Both the position numbers and the translations under genes were made by a program. Below are positions 1 through 10,652 of a stretch of 64,000 nt of DNA, in pieces (position 1 is the first letter of the stretch; the number at the start of each line of letters is the position of its first letter). The stretch covers positions 1,504,001 to 1,568,000 of the forward strand of contig CAXXJV010000001.1 of NCBI GenBank assembly GCA_963663475.2, in the 5' to 3' direction. This DNA is from Candidatus Cloacimonadales bacterium (GTDB lineage: Bacteria; Cloacimonadota; Cloacimonadia; Cloacimonadales; JAFGVF01). The notes below the pieces were generated by a model. It worked only from the letters and a program-made list of their open reading frames with translations. It searched no databases and had not been told where the DNA came from.

Positions 1-2
1 GA

Positions 3-530
3 CGTTATGCTCGTTTAGAACGACCTAATAAAGCTAGTCTAACAAATGGAACAAAAACAGGTTCTGCTATCTATATATCATATTCTGATGATTTACTTAA
101 GTGGGATAGCCATGAAATTCTTATGCAAGGGAATCCCCATTATTGGGATGAGTTAATTGGTTCTGGACCAGTTCCTCTCAAGACTCGTCATGGCTGGTTG
201 CATATTTATCATGGTGTTGCTACTCATTTCGCTTCCAGCAATATCTATCAAGCAGGTTTTTCCTTTCTAGATATTGCTAATCCAGCTAAGGTGATTTTTC
301 GTTCTAAATATAATTTCTTAGAACCCAGAGAATATTACGAATGTTCAGGACAAGTTCCTAATGTCGTTTTTCCTACAGGGATTATTGCCCTTGAATATGA
401 TGAAGAAGGCTATGTTAAAGATGATAGTGACCTCTATCTCTATTATGGCTGTGCTGATACTTCTGTCGGCCTTCTTAAAACAAATATGTCTTACTTTATT
501 GAAAAGATGTTAATTGAAAAAGGAGTTTAA
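3..530 (+). CDS. Glycoside hydrolase family 130 (mannoside phosphorylase-like), 5'-truncated by the window edge
   Basis: Frame is open from position 3 (RYARLERPN...SYSDDLLKW...). Motifs IGSGPVP, WLHIYHGV, LEPREYYE.SGQVPNVVFP and YYGCADT are typical of GH130. Confidence 0.8.
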   Translation, partial: RYARLERPNKASLTNGTKTGSAIYISYSDDLLKWDSHEILMQGNPHYWDELIGSGPVPLKTRHGWLHIYHGVATHFASSNIYQAGFSFLDIANPAKVIFRSKYNFLEPREYYECSGQVPNVVFPTGIIALEYDEEGYVKDDSDLYLYYGCADTSVGLLKTNMSYFIEKMLIEKGV

Positions 531-532
531 TA

Positions 533-1642
533 ATGAAGAAATACTTACTACTTATTCTTAGCTTATCTACTTTATTGTCTGTGTCTGCTGAAAGAAAATT
601 TCCCATACCTATGATTGATGATATTCCTCTTAATTATGTCTGCTATAAAAGTCCAGATAAACTTATTATAGATGGTAAATTAGATGATGAAGCTTGGCTT
701 AAAGCTCAGTGGACAGAAGATTTTGTTGATATTCAAGGTTCTCTACGACCAGACCCCCCTTTTGTTACTAAGGCTAAGATGCTGTGGGATGATGATTTCT
801 TCTATATTGCTGCTTATTTAGAAGAAAAAGACCTTTGGGCATCGATAACTAAAAGAGATGAGGTAATCTTTTGGGATAATGATTTTGAAGTCTTTATTGA
901 CCCTGATGGTGATAGCCATGATTATTATGAACTTGAACTTAATGCTTTTAATACAGTTTGGGATTTATTAGTTATTAAACCTTATAGAGATAGAGGACAA
1001 GTAGCTTTCAATAGTTGGGATATAAAAGGCTTGAAAAGTGCAGTTAGTCTTCAGGGAAGCCTTAATGACCCTTCTGACAAGGATGAATACTGGTCAGTAG
1101 AAATAGCTATTCCTTGGCAATCACTTGCTGAAGCTGCCCATAAAGAAACTCCTCCGCTTGATAATGATATCTGGAAGGTTAATTTCTCTAGAGTTCATTG
1201 GCAATTAGAAAAAACTGACACTGGCTACATAAAGAAGATTAATCCTGAAACAGGAAGGCATTATCCAGAAATGAATATTGTTTGGTCTCCCCAAGGCCTC
1301 ATTGCCATGCATTATCCAGAAATGTGGGGTAATGTCATGTTTAGCCACCAAGAAGTAGGTAAGGGTAAAGTAGATTTTATACCCGATGATTTACAAGCTG
1401 AAAAAAGCTATTTAAGACAAGTTTATTATCATCAAAAAGAGTATTTTCTCCAGAATGGAGTCTATGCAAATGAGTTATCACTATTGAAACTAAAAGAGCC
1501 TAATTTCAAGGATTATCAGAAGAAATTACAAGTCTATACTTCTCCTAATACCTTTCATTTGATTCTAAAAAGTAAGAATGCTAAAACTGATTTGCATATC
1601 TTCCAAGATGGTAGATTGTTGGAGAAAATTGATTTTCATTAG
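533..1642 (+). CDS. Secreted carbohydrate-binding family 9-like (DOMON) protein
   Basis: Signal peptide; IDGKLDDEAW, TKAKMLWDD, DNDFEVFIDP and WSVEIAIPW motifs; directly follows the GH130 gene. Confidence 0.75.
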   Translation: MKKYLLLILSLSTLLSVSAERKFPIPMIDDIPLNYVCYKSPDKLIIDGKLDDEAWLKAQWTEDFVDIQGSLRPDPPFVTKAKMLWDDDFFYIAAYLEEKDLWASITKRDEVIFWDNDFEVFIDPDGDSHDYYELELNAFNTVWDLLVIKPYRDRGQVAFNSWDIKGLKSAVSLQGSLNDPSDKDEYWSVEIAIPWQSLAEAAHKETPPLDNDIWKVNFSRVHWQLEKTDTGYIKKINPETGRHYPEMNIVWSPQGLIAMHYPEMWGNVMFSHQEVGKGKVDFIPDDLQAEKSYLRQVYYHQKEYFLQNGVYANELSLLKLKEPNFKDYQKKLQVYTSPNTFHLILKSKNAKTDLHIFQDGRLLEKIDFH

Positions 1643-1677
1643 ATTTAACCTAATCTCTACTGAACCATTGGCGATAA

Positions 1678-1710
1678 AGAAAAGCTCCGAAAGGGGCTCG
1701 GAGCTTTTCT
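1678..1710. terminator. Intrinsic terminator between convergent genes
   Basis: agaaaagctccga-aaggggc-tcggagcttttct inverted repeat. Confidence 0.75.
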
Positions 1711-1735
1711 AGCATTTGGATTTGCTTTTATTGGA

Positions 1736-4060
1736 CTATTTCATAAGGATCATTTTGTTGCTTTTACTGTAATCATCAGTAATTAACTTATATAGGTAGA
1801 TTCCAGATGAAACTTGATTGTTATTGTTATCTCTGCCATTCCATACAACATTTAATCTTGTGTTTGCAGTCTCAACTTGCTTGTTAAGAAGTGTCTTTAC
1901 TAACTGACCTCTCATGTTATATACTTCTAATCTTACATGTTGAGCTTGAGAGATTGAATAAGAAATAGTAGTTTCAGGGTTGAAAGGATTTGGATAGTTT
2001 CCGTAAAGTTCTGTTCCCAGGATAACATCATTTATATCATGGTCTTCTTCATCTGATATTTTGATAGTAACAGGACCGAACATCTGGCTTGTGCCATCAA
2101 AATCAGTAGATTGTAGCCAGTAGTTATAAGTGGTATTCATCTCAACTTCATCATCAAGATACGAATAAAAAGAACCCATAGCTTGGTTAGAAGCAGTTAT
2201 CATTGTAGCTGTAACTCTTAATGCATCATCTTGATTCTCATTCTCTGATCTATAAATATTATAGCCTAGGAGATTTGATTCAGAAGCTGTTTCCCAAGAG
2301 ATTTGTGCAAAATTATCTGCTGTTGCAATAGCATTGAAGGATGAGAGCTCAACAGGGAGGGTAAAATCTTCTCCATCGTTCATAAATATGAAAACTTCGC
2401 TATCTTTAGCAGTAAAATCAACACCTTGGAAAGTAAATGTTCTATCAACATCAGTTTCTGCTATGAAAGCTGGATCAGCTGTATGCCATGCTCCACCATA
2501 ATAGATTCTTGCATACCAAGAACCAGCCGGAGCAGTAACTTGCACATCAATATCATTATCATAACCAGTTAAACCTATTACTTTTTTATTACCTAAATTT
2601 TCATAATTTGGTAATGAAGTAATTATTGGATTATTAGCATTTATATTATGATTATAATAAAGATTTACATTTGGTTGTATTGTTACACCATCTATTATAG
2701 TTCCTTCATTTTCAGGGAAATCTGGTAAGTTTTCTATTTTCATATTATCAATACAAACTGAACCACGAGATCTACCTAATGTTACACCCCTGATTATGAT
2801 ATATTTTGCTGTACCGAGACCTACTCCATATTGTGATAAATCAAAAGAATAATTATACCAACCAACTGATGCTTCAACAGGAGCTAGATTATACTGAAGT
2901 TTTACTGTGCCTACTAAGGTAGCATTTTCTATAGAGCTAGTATTATTAACATATACAGATACTAAATCATTATATGCACTACCACCAATCCTATATACCC
3001 ATAATGAAAGAGAATAATTCAAACCTGGAAACATGATTGGATTAGTTATCAAATCTGCAGTATAATTAGCCGACATTTGATCTCTTCTTATAATTGCCAT
3101 TCCACTGCCTTCATGTGGTGTCGCTCCATTGTTTGATGTTGCGGATATATTCCAATTACCCCACACAGAGACAGGATTAGCTGTCCAACCCTCAGGAAAT
3201 TGGTCATCGAAATTTGCTACTATAGGGAATTCAACATTACCAGAACTAAAGAGATTTGCTGTTAAACCTGCATCATAATTTAATGAAGCATCACATGCCC
3301 AAGCTTTATAAAAATACTGGGTAGATTCTGAAACATTTTCATGGAGAAATTGACCAGCATTTCCAAAATAAATAATTTCTGCAGAACCTAACATATCGCC
3401 AGCTGTATAAGTACTACCATTAAGAGGTTGAGTAAAATCATCTACAGAATTTGTAGCTATTAGAACATTACCAGGTGTGTTATTGTTGACCCAACTCAAT
3501 GAGATTTCTCCGATATCTTCATTTTGGGCACTAAATTCTACAAAATCAAACTCATCTGAATAATGAACTGTTACCTTGAAAGTATTGTTAACTACATATG
3601 AATAACCAGGAAGATTAGGATTCTGCCCACTTAAATCAAAACAGTGTAATTCAAAGTTAATATTACCACCTCCAAAGAAAGAATTAGCAAGATCTAAGCC
3701 AGTTCTTGAATAATGAATTGTTACTGGTGAATTTTGATAAGCTACCGAAGCCATTGATGATTCATAGCTTCCGTTATACCCTCCAGTACTTGTACATTTT
3801 AGATATGACCTTGGTGATGCACAATCATAAGCACCGAAAGAATGAATATCGTACTCTACATCTATTGAAGTGATTCTAGCCCCTATAGGAAGGTTAATTG
3901 TTAAGGGAAGCGCATTTTGCGAATTTGCTGGTGGTTGGGGATCTTCCATCTGATAAGTTAAAGTAACATTTCCTCCAGAGTAAGTTGCACTAGCTGAGTT
4001 TTGTCCTAAAGCAAATGTTACAAGTGATAATAAAATTAATATAAATAAAATTTTCTTCAT
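1736..4060 (-). CDS. Secreted protein with a cleaved-adhesin/MAM-like region and a C-terminal FlgD-Ig/T9SS-type sorting domain
   Basis: Start revised to ATG 4060 (MKKILFILILL, AGGAG upstream); signal peptide; LPVELSSF module; GNYPNPFNPETTI...SSGIYLYKL...KMILMK tail. Confidence 0.8.
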   Translation of the reverse strand: MKKILFILILLSLVTFALGQNSASATYSGGNVTLTYQMEDPQPPANSQNALPLTINLPIGARITSIDVEYDIHSFGAYDCASPRSYLKCTSTGGYNGSYESSMASVAYQNSPVTIHYSRTGLDLANSFFGGGNINFELHCFDLSGQNPNLPGYSYVVNNTFKVTVHYSDEFDFVEFSAQNEDIGEISLSWVNNNTPGNVLIATNSVDDFTQPLNGSTYTAGDMLGSAEIIYFGNAGQFLHENVSESTQYFYKAWACDASLNYDAGLTANLFSSGNVEFPIVANFDDQFPEGWTANPVSVWGNWNISATSNNGATPHEGSGMAIIRRDQMSANYTADLITNPIMFPGLNYSLSLWVYRIGGSAYNDLVSVYVNNTSSIENATLVGTVKLQYNLAPVEASVGWYNYSFDLSQYGVGLGTAKYIIIRGVTLGRSRGSVCIDNMKIENLPDFPENEGTIIDGVTIQPNVNLYYNHNINANNPIITSLPNYENLGNKKVIGLTGYDNDIDVQVTAPAGSWYARIYYGGAWHTADPAFIAETDVDRTFTFQGVDFTAKDSEVFIFMNDGEDFTLPVELSSFNAIATADNFAQISWETASESNLLGYNIYRSENENQDDALRVTATMITASNQAMGSFYSYLDDEVEMNTTYNYWLQSTDFDGTSQMFGPVTIKISDEEDHDINDVILGTELYGNYPNPFNPETTISYSISQAQHVRLEVYNMRGQLVKTLLNKQVETANTRLNVVWNGRDNNNNQVSSGIYLYKLITDDYSKSNKMILMK

Positions 4061-4135
4061 AATTTTCTCCTTTTTTTTAATTTTCAAATAAAATACATAA
4101 GAAATAAATTTAGCATTAAAAACAATTAACCAGAA

Positions 4136-4166
4136 AAGAAAGCTCCGAAAGCTCGGAGCATTTCTT
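4136..4166 (-). terminator. Intrinsic terminator, paralogous to 1678-1710
   Basis: aagctccga-aagc-tcggagc hairpin with an A-run on the + strand (U-run on the - strand). Confidence 0.7.
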
Positions 4167-4189
4167 CATTTGGATTTGCTTTTATTGGA

Positions 4190-6721
4190 CTATTTCATAA
4201 GAATCATTTTGTTGGTTTTACTGTAATCATCAGTAATTAACTTATATAGGTAGATTCCAGATGAAACTTGATTATTATTGTTATCTTTACCATTCCATAC
4301 AACATTTAATTTTGTGTTTGCAGTCTCAACTTGCTTGTTAAGTAGAGTCTTAACTAACTGACCTCTCATGTTATATACTTCTAATCTTACATGTTGAGCT
4401 TGAGAGATTGAATAAGAAATAGTAGTTTCAGGGTTGAAAGGATTTGGATAGTTGCCATAAAGCTCAGTTCTCAAAATGGCATTATCAATATCATGATCAT
4501 CTTGGTCTGAAATCTTTACAGTAACTGGACCAAACATCTGGCTTGTTCCATCAAAGTCATTTGATTGTAACCAGTAGTTATAAGTGGTATTCATTTCAAC
4601 TTCATCATCAGTATAAGAGTAGCTAGCACCCATAGCTTGATTAGATGCTGTTATCATAGTAGCAGTTACTCTTAAAGCATCTTCTTGATTCTCAGTCTCT
4701 GACCTATAAATATTATAGCCTAAAAGATTTGATTCAGAAGCTGTTTCCCAAGAGATTTGAGCAAAGTTATCAGCTGTGGCAATAGCATTGAAAGATGAGA
4801 GTTCTACTGGGAGGGTAAAGTCAGCATTATTTGTTATTACGATGTCTTTGTCTCCTTTTGAACCATCATAGTTGTAAAGAATATATAGCCTACCTTCCAT
4901 AACTATCCAGACATCCACTACTGAAGAACCGTCATACAGATCTAATTCAGTCCCACCAATATATACATGAGAAATTTCAGCTAACTCAGGATAATAGATT
5001 TGAATATTATAAAATCCTATCATATCAAAGTTATAAGTAAATGCAGCTATTGGTTGATATGCAAAACCCTCTGTTGGTAGGTTTTCTAAAATGACAGGAA
5101 CATGAGGAGTTGCATTATCTGGAATATCAATAATTATTCTCTCTATAGGGTTACTTTCATTAGGTTCTTCTGGTTGAATTCCTGCATTTGTTGTAAATAT
5201 ATATTCCTGTGGATCTGTAGTAGGATATGATTTTACATCATTTATTTTGTAATAAGGGGTAACAGTCCATCTTACTGTAGCTGAATAAGGAAGTTCTCCA
5301 CCAGGAAGACCAGTAAAGGAGAAAACTACACGAGATTCTTCATTTTCTACATTTCCAATGATAGTTTCGATTTCTGTTTCAACTTGAATAGTAACTCTAA
5401 CATCATATCCTCTAGTGTAACCAACTACTTGAGGAATAGCATCCCAAGATAGAGAAACATCTGTTGCTTCATTCCTTTGTCCGTCTGTAGGCAATATATT
5501 TAATATAACATGAGGAACTTCGATACTTTCATTAAAGGCATCTTCTAAATTAGTTAAATAAGGGAAACCATCATTGATTTCACTATTTAATGTCCAATAA
5601 TCATTTTCTCCATTAGCACTTTCATCAACAAAATCCCAATCTGAGTCTATAAAGGTAGCTAGAGTTTGTAACTCTTCAGTAGTTTTACCTGTAGCTATAG
5701 GTGAAGTTGCTACACCAGCTGTAGTAGAATTCCAGAAAGAATTTGTGCAAGTTGTAGAAGTTGCAGAGCTTGTGAAAGCTCCAACAGAGCTTTCTATATA
5801 TGTGATTGAACCAAGACTATAACAGTTATCAACAATTACTCTATTAAACTTTCCTGAAAAAGATCCAATTATTTTAGTTCCTTGTACATTTCCTGAAGCA
5901 TAGCAGTTATTTATTGTAAGACGATTTGAAGTATTGGTACCATACATATTACCTCCAAACGCTCCTACAGACTCATATCCACTTACATCTCCAGTTGCAA
6001 AACATTCACTAATAGAAGTCATTTGATAAGCATATCCAACTAAACCGCCGGAATTGGCTCCTGTATTTTGAACATCACCTGTAGCATAACTCTTGGTTAA
6101 AGTAGTGTTTGTTTTGCTATATCCAATCAGACCACCTACAGATGTTGTTCCATTTACAGAACATTCGGAAAAAGTATTTTCTACACTTGTATTAGTAACA
6201 ATATATCCAATCAGTCCACCAACATAGAGTGTTCCTGTAACAGAACCAGTAGAATAACAATTCTCAATGCTACTTGAATTTATTGCTTCTCCTACAAGGG
6301 CACCAGTACAATAAGTTCCTGTTATTTGGCAATCTTTCAATCCAAGATTTTTTATAGTAGCATTATCGCATTTTCCAAACAATGCTTGATTGCCAGAAGA
6401 CCTAGAGATAAAGAGGTTAGATATAAATTTATTGTTACCATCATATATTCCTAGAAAATTGGCAATAGGATTATAGCCTGCCCCATCATTTAAAGTGGAA
6501 GAATCAGAAGCATCGATGTTTCCAGTTTGCTGGATATAAGTTCCGGAAGCCCAATAAGAGGGATTTGAAGATAGGGTAACCAGGTCAGCAAAATCTTCTA
6601 CTAAATAAGGGTTGTCTGAAGTTCCATTTCCACTAAGACCAGTTGGTGGAAGATATTTGTCTAAAGCAAAAAGTGACATAGATAAAACAACTAACAAAAG
6701 TGATAAGATAAGTTTTTTCAT
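4190..6721 (-). CDS. Secreted GLUG-repeat protein with a C-terminal FlgD-Ig/T9SS-type sorting domain
   Basis: Start revised to ATG 6721 (MKKLILSLLLV, AGGAG upstream); G.GT..NPYLV start, repeated GGLVG/NCYSTGSV GLUG-like units; same C-terminal module as 1736-4060. Confidence 0.8.
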   Translation of the reverse strand: MKKLILSLLLVVLSMSLFALDKYLPPTGLSGNGTSDNPYLVEDFADLVTLSSNPSYWASGTYIQQTGNIDASDSSTLNDGAGYNPIANFLGIYDGNNKFISNLFISRSSGNQALFGKCDNATIKNLGLKDCQITGTYCTGALVGEAINSSSIENCYSTGSVTGTLYVGGLIGYIVTNTSVENTFSECSVNGTTSVGGLIGYSKTNTTLTKSYATGDVQNTGANSGGLVGYAYQMTSISECFATGDVSGYESVGAFGGNMYGTNTSNRLTINNCYASGNVQGTKIIGSFSGKFNRVIVDNCYSLGSITYIESSVGAFTSSATSTTCTNSFWNSTTAGVATSPIATGKTTEELQTLATFIDSDWDFVDESANGENDYWTLNSEINDGFPYLTNLEDAFNESIEVPHVILNILPTDGQRNEATDVSLSWDAIPQVVGYTRGYDVRVTIQVETEIETIIGNVENEESRVVFSFTGLPGGELPYSATVRWTVTPYYKINDVKSYPTTDPQEYIFTTNAGIQPEEPNESNPIERIIIDIPDNATPHVPVILENLPTEGFAYQPIAAFTYNFDMIGFYNIQIYYPELAEISHVYIGGTELDLYDGSSVVDVWIVMEGRLYILYNYDGSKGDKDIVITNNADFTLPVELSSFNAIATADNFAQISWETASESNLLGYNIYRSETENQEDALRVTATMITASNQAMGASYSYTDDEVEMNTTYNYWLQSNDFDGTSQMFGPVTVKISDQDDHDIDNAILRTELYGNYPNPFNPETTISYSISQAQHVRLEVYNMRGQLVKTLLNKQVETANTKLNVVWNGKDNNNNQVSSGIYLYKLITDDYSKTNKMILMK

Positions 6722-7409
6722 TTTTTCTCCTTTTCTTTTTTTTAAAATTTTTAAAAACAAAATCCTTTCACTGATATATAATAGCATTATTGCTTCCAAA
6801 AATACCTCCTAAAGGCATATAGTTTGTAACTTATTGTTAGATTGGTAAATATAATAAAAAGCATATATCGCTGAAATGAATTAATTTCTCAAGAAAACTA
6901 AGTAAAGTGCGAAATCGCAATTCGAAATCGCACTCAGTGCGATACCGCCATGTTGACAAATGTAAATGAATTTTTATTTATATTTTAATATTTATATTTC
7001 CATTAAAAGATATGTAATTATGAGGTTACTTCTGTTAAAGCTCCTAGACGGCTGTCTCTTTTTACTAGATTTAAGTTATATCGAATGCATTAGGGAAAAT
7101 AGCTTTGTCTAAGAACTCTCCCAAGCTTAATTAGCTCTTGATTCTATGACCATCTTAAGAGTTAAAAGGGGAAATATTAGATAGGGTGTCTATAAAATCA
7201 ATAAAATATTATTTAAAAATAAAGAATATTTTTTAATAATTCTCTCAGAAAAAGCATTAAAATTGCTTTTAGAAAGATAAATCTATCATAATAAATCCTT
7301 TATTAATGAGGTTTAAACAGATGCAAATAAATATTTATCGATTTATCTTGACATAAAATATCGATATTCAAATATCGTAACTATAAGAAAGATAATTACG
7401 GAGGAAAAG

Positions 7410-7811
7410 ATGGAGACATGTGTAATTAGACTTAGAATGAGTCAGGCAGATGCCCATTATGGTGGTAATTTAGTTGATGGCGCTAAAATGTTGCAACTCT
7501 TTGGAGATGTAGCTACAGAGTTGTTAATTCGTAATGATGGAGACGAAGGTCTTTTTGCAGGATATGATTCAACCCAATTCTTAGCACCAGTTTATGCAGG
7601 TGATTATATTGAGGCTTGTGGTAAGATAATTAATGTGGGTAATTCTTCACGCAGAATGGAATTTGAAGCTAGAAAAGTAATTGTTTCCAAGCCTGAGATT
7701 AGTGATTCTGCTGCAGAAATTTTAGAGGAGCCAATAGTAGTCTGCCGAGCAGTAGGTACTTGTGTTGTTCCAAAAGATAAGCAAAGATTCAAGAATAAAC
7801 AGTCTGCCTAG
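7410..7811 (+). CDS. kal: 3-aminobutyryl-CoA ammonia-lyase (hotdog fold)
   Basis: [20 protein letters not shown]...[19 protein letters not shown]...[12 protein letters not shown] matches the Kal family as I recall it; context with crt/hbd/bcd. Confidence 0.85.
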   Translation: METCVIRLRMSQADAHYGGNLVDGAKMLQLFGDVATELLIRNDGDEGLFAGYDSTQFLAPVYAGDYIEACGKIINVGNSSRRMEFEARKVIVSKPEISDSAAEILEEPIVVCRAVGTCVVPKDKQRFKNKQSA

Positions 7812-7818
7812 GTGACCT

Positions 7819-8583
7819 ATGCAAGAAATTCTATTTGAGAAGAGTGGATATGTCGGCAAGCTTGTACTTAATAGACCTCAAGCTTTAAATGCTTTAAACA
7901 CCAGTATGCTAAGAGAATTGAATGAAATTCTTACTTCAATTGAGTCTGATAAAGACTTACGAGTACTAGTTATTAGTGGAAGTGGGCGTTCATTTGTCGC
8001 AGGTGCTGATATAAAAGAAATGCAAGCTTACGATTCACTTGAAGCAAGGGAGTATGCTGAATTAGGCTTAAAGACTATGAAGCGGATAGAAGATTTAGCG
8101 ATACCGGTTATTGCTAGTGTAAATGGTTTTGCTTTAGGTGGTGGTTGTGAATTAGCTCTTGCCTGTGAGATAAGGTACGCTTCAGAATCAGCTAAGTTTG
8201 GTCAGCCAGAGGTTGGCTTAGGTATTATACCTGGTTTTGGAGGAAGTCAAAGACTTGCCCGTTTAGTTGGCTTAGCTCAAGCAAAAGAATTAATTTATAC
8301 AGGCAAAGTAATAGACTCACAAGAAGCTTTAAGAATAGGCTTAGTAAATAGGGTCTTTAAGAATGAAGAATTAGAATCTGAAAGCATGAAGTTAGCAGAT
8401 TCAATTGCTAAACAATCAACTTCAGCAGTAAGGTATGCTAAAATTGCAATTAATAGTGGTATTGATGCAGCTTTAGCTAACTCATTTGAATATGAGAAAA
8501 ATCTATTTTCACTCTCTTTCTCTACACAAGACCAAAAAAAGGGTATGCAAGCATTTGTAGAGAAAAGGAAAGCAATATTTTAG
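7819..8583 (+). CDS. crt: Enoyl-CoA hydratase (crotonase)
   Basis: [54 protein letters not shown]. Confidence 0.92.
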   Translation: MQEILFEKSGYVGKLVLNRPQALNALNTSMLRELNEILTSIESDKDLRVLVISGSGRSFVAGADIKEMQAYDSLEAREYAELGLKTMKRIEDLAIPVIASVNGFALGGGCELALACEIRYASESAKFGQPEVGLGIIPGFGGSQRLARLVGLAQAKELIYTGKVIDSQEALRIGLVNRVFKNEELESESMKLADSIAKQSTSAVRYAKIAINSGIDAALANSFEYEKNLFSLSFSTQDQKKGMQAFVEKRKAIF

Positions 8584-8591
8584 GAGAAGTA

Positions 8592-9446
8592 ATGAAGATA
8601 GGAATTATTGGTGCAGGAACAATGGGAGCAGGTATTGCTCAGGTTTTTGCTATGCAAAACCACCAAGTATTATTACAAGATATAGAAAAAACTAGCTTAG
8701 CAAGAGCCATAAAGAGTATTGAAAAGAGTTTAGATAAACTAGTTATAAAAGAAAAGATAGATGAAGCTAAGAGAAATGAAGCTCTTAATCACATAGATAC
8801 AAGTTTAGAATTAGAGGATTTCAAGCAAGTTGATATAGTCATCGAGGCAGTAGCTGAAAAGATGGAGATAAAGAAATCATTATTCAGTCAACTTGATGGA
8901 ATTTGTCATTCTGATACTATCTTTGCAACTAATACATCATCATTATCAATTACTGAGATTGCTTCAGCAACCCAGAGGCCAGATAAAGTCATAGGTATGC
9001 ATTTCTTTAATCCAGTACCATTAATGAAATTAGTGGAAATAATCAAGGGTTTAGCAACTTCATTTGAAACAGTTGAAAAAGTAAAGAATCTTACCAAAGA
9101 AATCATGAAAGAGCCTGTAGAAGTAAATGAAATGCCAGGTTTTGTAGTAAACAGAGTATTGATACCAATGATAAATGAAGCAATTGGCATTTTAGCTGAT
9201 GATGTTGCTTCTGCAGAAGATATTGATAATGCTATGAAACTAGGAGCTAATCATCCAATTGGTCCTTTGGCCTTAGCTGATTTAATAGGTAATGATGTTA
9301 ATTTAGCTATTATGGATACTCTCTATGAAGAATTTGGTGATCCAAAATATAGGCCACATCCACTATTGAAGAAGTATGTAAAAGCTGGCTTATTGGGTAG
9401 GAAAACTGGAAGAGGTTTTTACGATTATAGAAAAAAAGTAAGTTAA
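8592..9446 (+). CDS. hbd: 3-hydroxybutyryl-CoA dehydrogenase
   Basis: [10 protein letters not shown] Rossmann motif, [35 protein letters not shown]. Confidence 0.93.
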   Translation: MKIGIIGAGTMGAGIAQVFAMQNHQVLLQDIEKTSLARAIKSIEKSLDKLVIKEKIDEAKRNEALNHIDTSLELEDFKQVDIVIEAVAEKMEIKKSLFSQLDGICHSDTIFATNTSSLSITEIASATQRPDKVIGMHFFNPVPLMKLVEIIKGLATSFETVEKVKNLTKEIMKEPVEVNEMPGFVVNRVLIPMINEAIGILADDVASAEDIDNAMKLGANHPIGPLALADLIGNDVNLAIMDTLYEEFGDPKYRPHPLLKKYVKAGLLGRKTGRGFYDYRKKVS

Positions 9447-9500
9447 TTATAAAAAGATGATAAAGTTATTGATAATAGATAAGGACATGAGGTAATAAAG

Positions 9501-10640
9501 ATGGATTTTAGTTTTGCTAAGGAATATGAAGTATGCTCAAGCATGTTCAGAGAGTTTGCTGAGAATGAAGTAAAGCCTATTGCAGAAGAAGTTGATGAAG
9601 AGGAAAGATTCCCACTTGAGACAGTGAAAAAAATGGCCAAATGTGGTATGATGGGCATTCCTATTCCTAAAGAATATGGAGGAGAAGGAGCTGATACTTT
9701 AACCTATATTATGGCTGTAGAAGAGTTATCAAAAGTGTGCGGAACAACAGGTGTAATCCTATCTGCTCATACATCTCTTTGTGCAGTTCCTATTCTTGAA
9801 TATGGCACTGAAGAACAGAAACAAAAGTACTTAATCCCCCTAGCAAAGGGAGAAAAAATTGGAGCTTTTGCCTTAACAGAAGCTAATGCTGGTACAGATG
9901 CAGCAGCTCAGCAGACTATTGCAGAAGATAAAGGTGATTATTATCTACTTAACGGAAACAAAATATTCATCACAAATGCAGGTTATGCTGATGTTTTCAT
10001 CATTATGGCAATGACTGATAAGAAAGCTGGTACTCGTGGTATTTCTGCTTTCATACTAGAAAAAGGTATGCCAGGATTCTCTGTTGGTAAGCATGAAAAA
10101 AAGATGGGAATTAGAGGTTCTTCAACAAGCGAATTAATTTTTGAAGACGTTAGAGTACCTAAAGAAAATCTACTAGGGAAAGAGGGGAAAGGCTTTGGTA
10201 TAGCTATGAAGACTCTTGATGGTGGAAGGATTGGGATTGCAGCTCAAGCTTTAGGTTTAGCACAAGGTGCTTTAAATGAAACTATTAACTACACTAAAGA
10301 AAGAAAACAGTTTGGTAGATCTATTTCTAAATTTCAGAATACCCAGTTTCAATTAGCAGATATGCACTGCAAAACTGAAGCAGCTCGTAACTTAGTTTAT
10401 AAAGCAGCTTGGAAAAAAGATCAAAAACAAGCTTATTCTTTAGATGCAGCTATGGCTAAATTATTTGCAGCAGAAGTAGCTATGGAAGTAACTACTAAAG
10501 CAGTCCAACTACATGGTGGCTATGGTTATACCAGAGAATATAGTGTTGAAAGAATGATGCGTGATGCTAAAATCACTGAGATATATGAAGGAACTTCTGA
10601 AGTTCAAAAAATGGTCATTGCAGGCTCAATTCTAAGATAA
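9501..10640 (+). CDS. bcd: Butyryl-CoA dehydrogenase
   Basis: FALTEANAGTDA, NGNKIFITN, KMGIRGS, TLDGGRIGIAAQ, HGGYGY, RDAKITEIYEGTSEVQ. Confidence 0.92.
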   Translation: MDFSFAKEYEVCSSMFREFAENEVKPIAEEVDEEERFPLETVKKMAKCGMMGIPIPKEYGGEGADTLTYIMAVEELSKVCGTTGVILSAHTSLCAVPILEYGTEEQKQKYLIPLAKGEKIGAFALTEANAGTDAAAQQTIAEDKGDYYLLNGNKIFITNAGYADVFIIMAMTDKKAGTRGISAFILEKGMPGFSVGKHEKKMGIRGSSTSELIFEDVRVPKENLLGKEGKGFGIAMKTLDGGRIGIAAQALGLAQGALNETINYTKERKQFGRSISKFQNTQFQLADMHCKTEAARNLVYKAAWKKDQKQAYSLDAAMAKLFAAEVAMEVTTKAVQLHGGYGYTREYSVERMMRDAKITEIYEGTSEVQKMVIAGSILR

Positions 10641-10652
10641 GGAGGAAGGAAA

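Noticed and set aside
4068-4080. Poly-T tracts upstream of the secreted-protein genes as phase-variation switches
   Set aside because: Runs of 8 nt or so are common in this AT-rich sequence and lie outside the revised coding regions; there is no evidence without read-level data.
1736-4822. Diversity-generating retroelement TR/VR pair
   Set aside because: Both copies are coding, differences are mostly synonymous and not adenine-specific, and there is no reverse transcriptase in the window.
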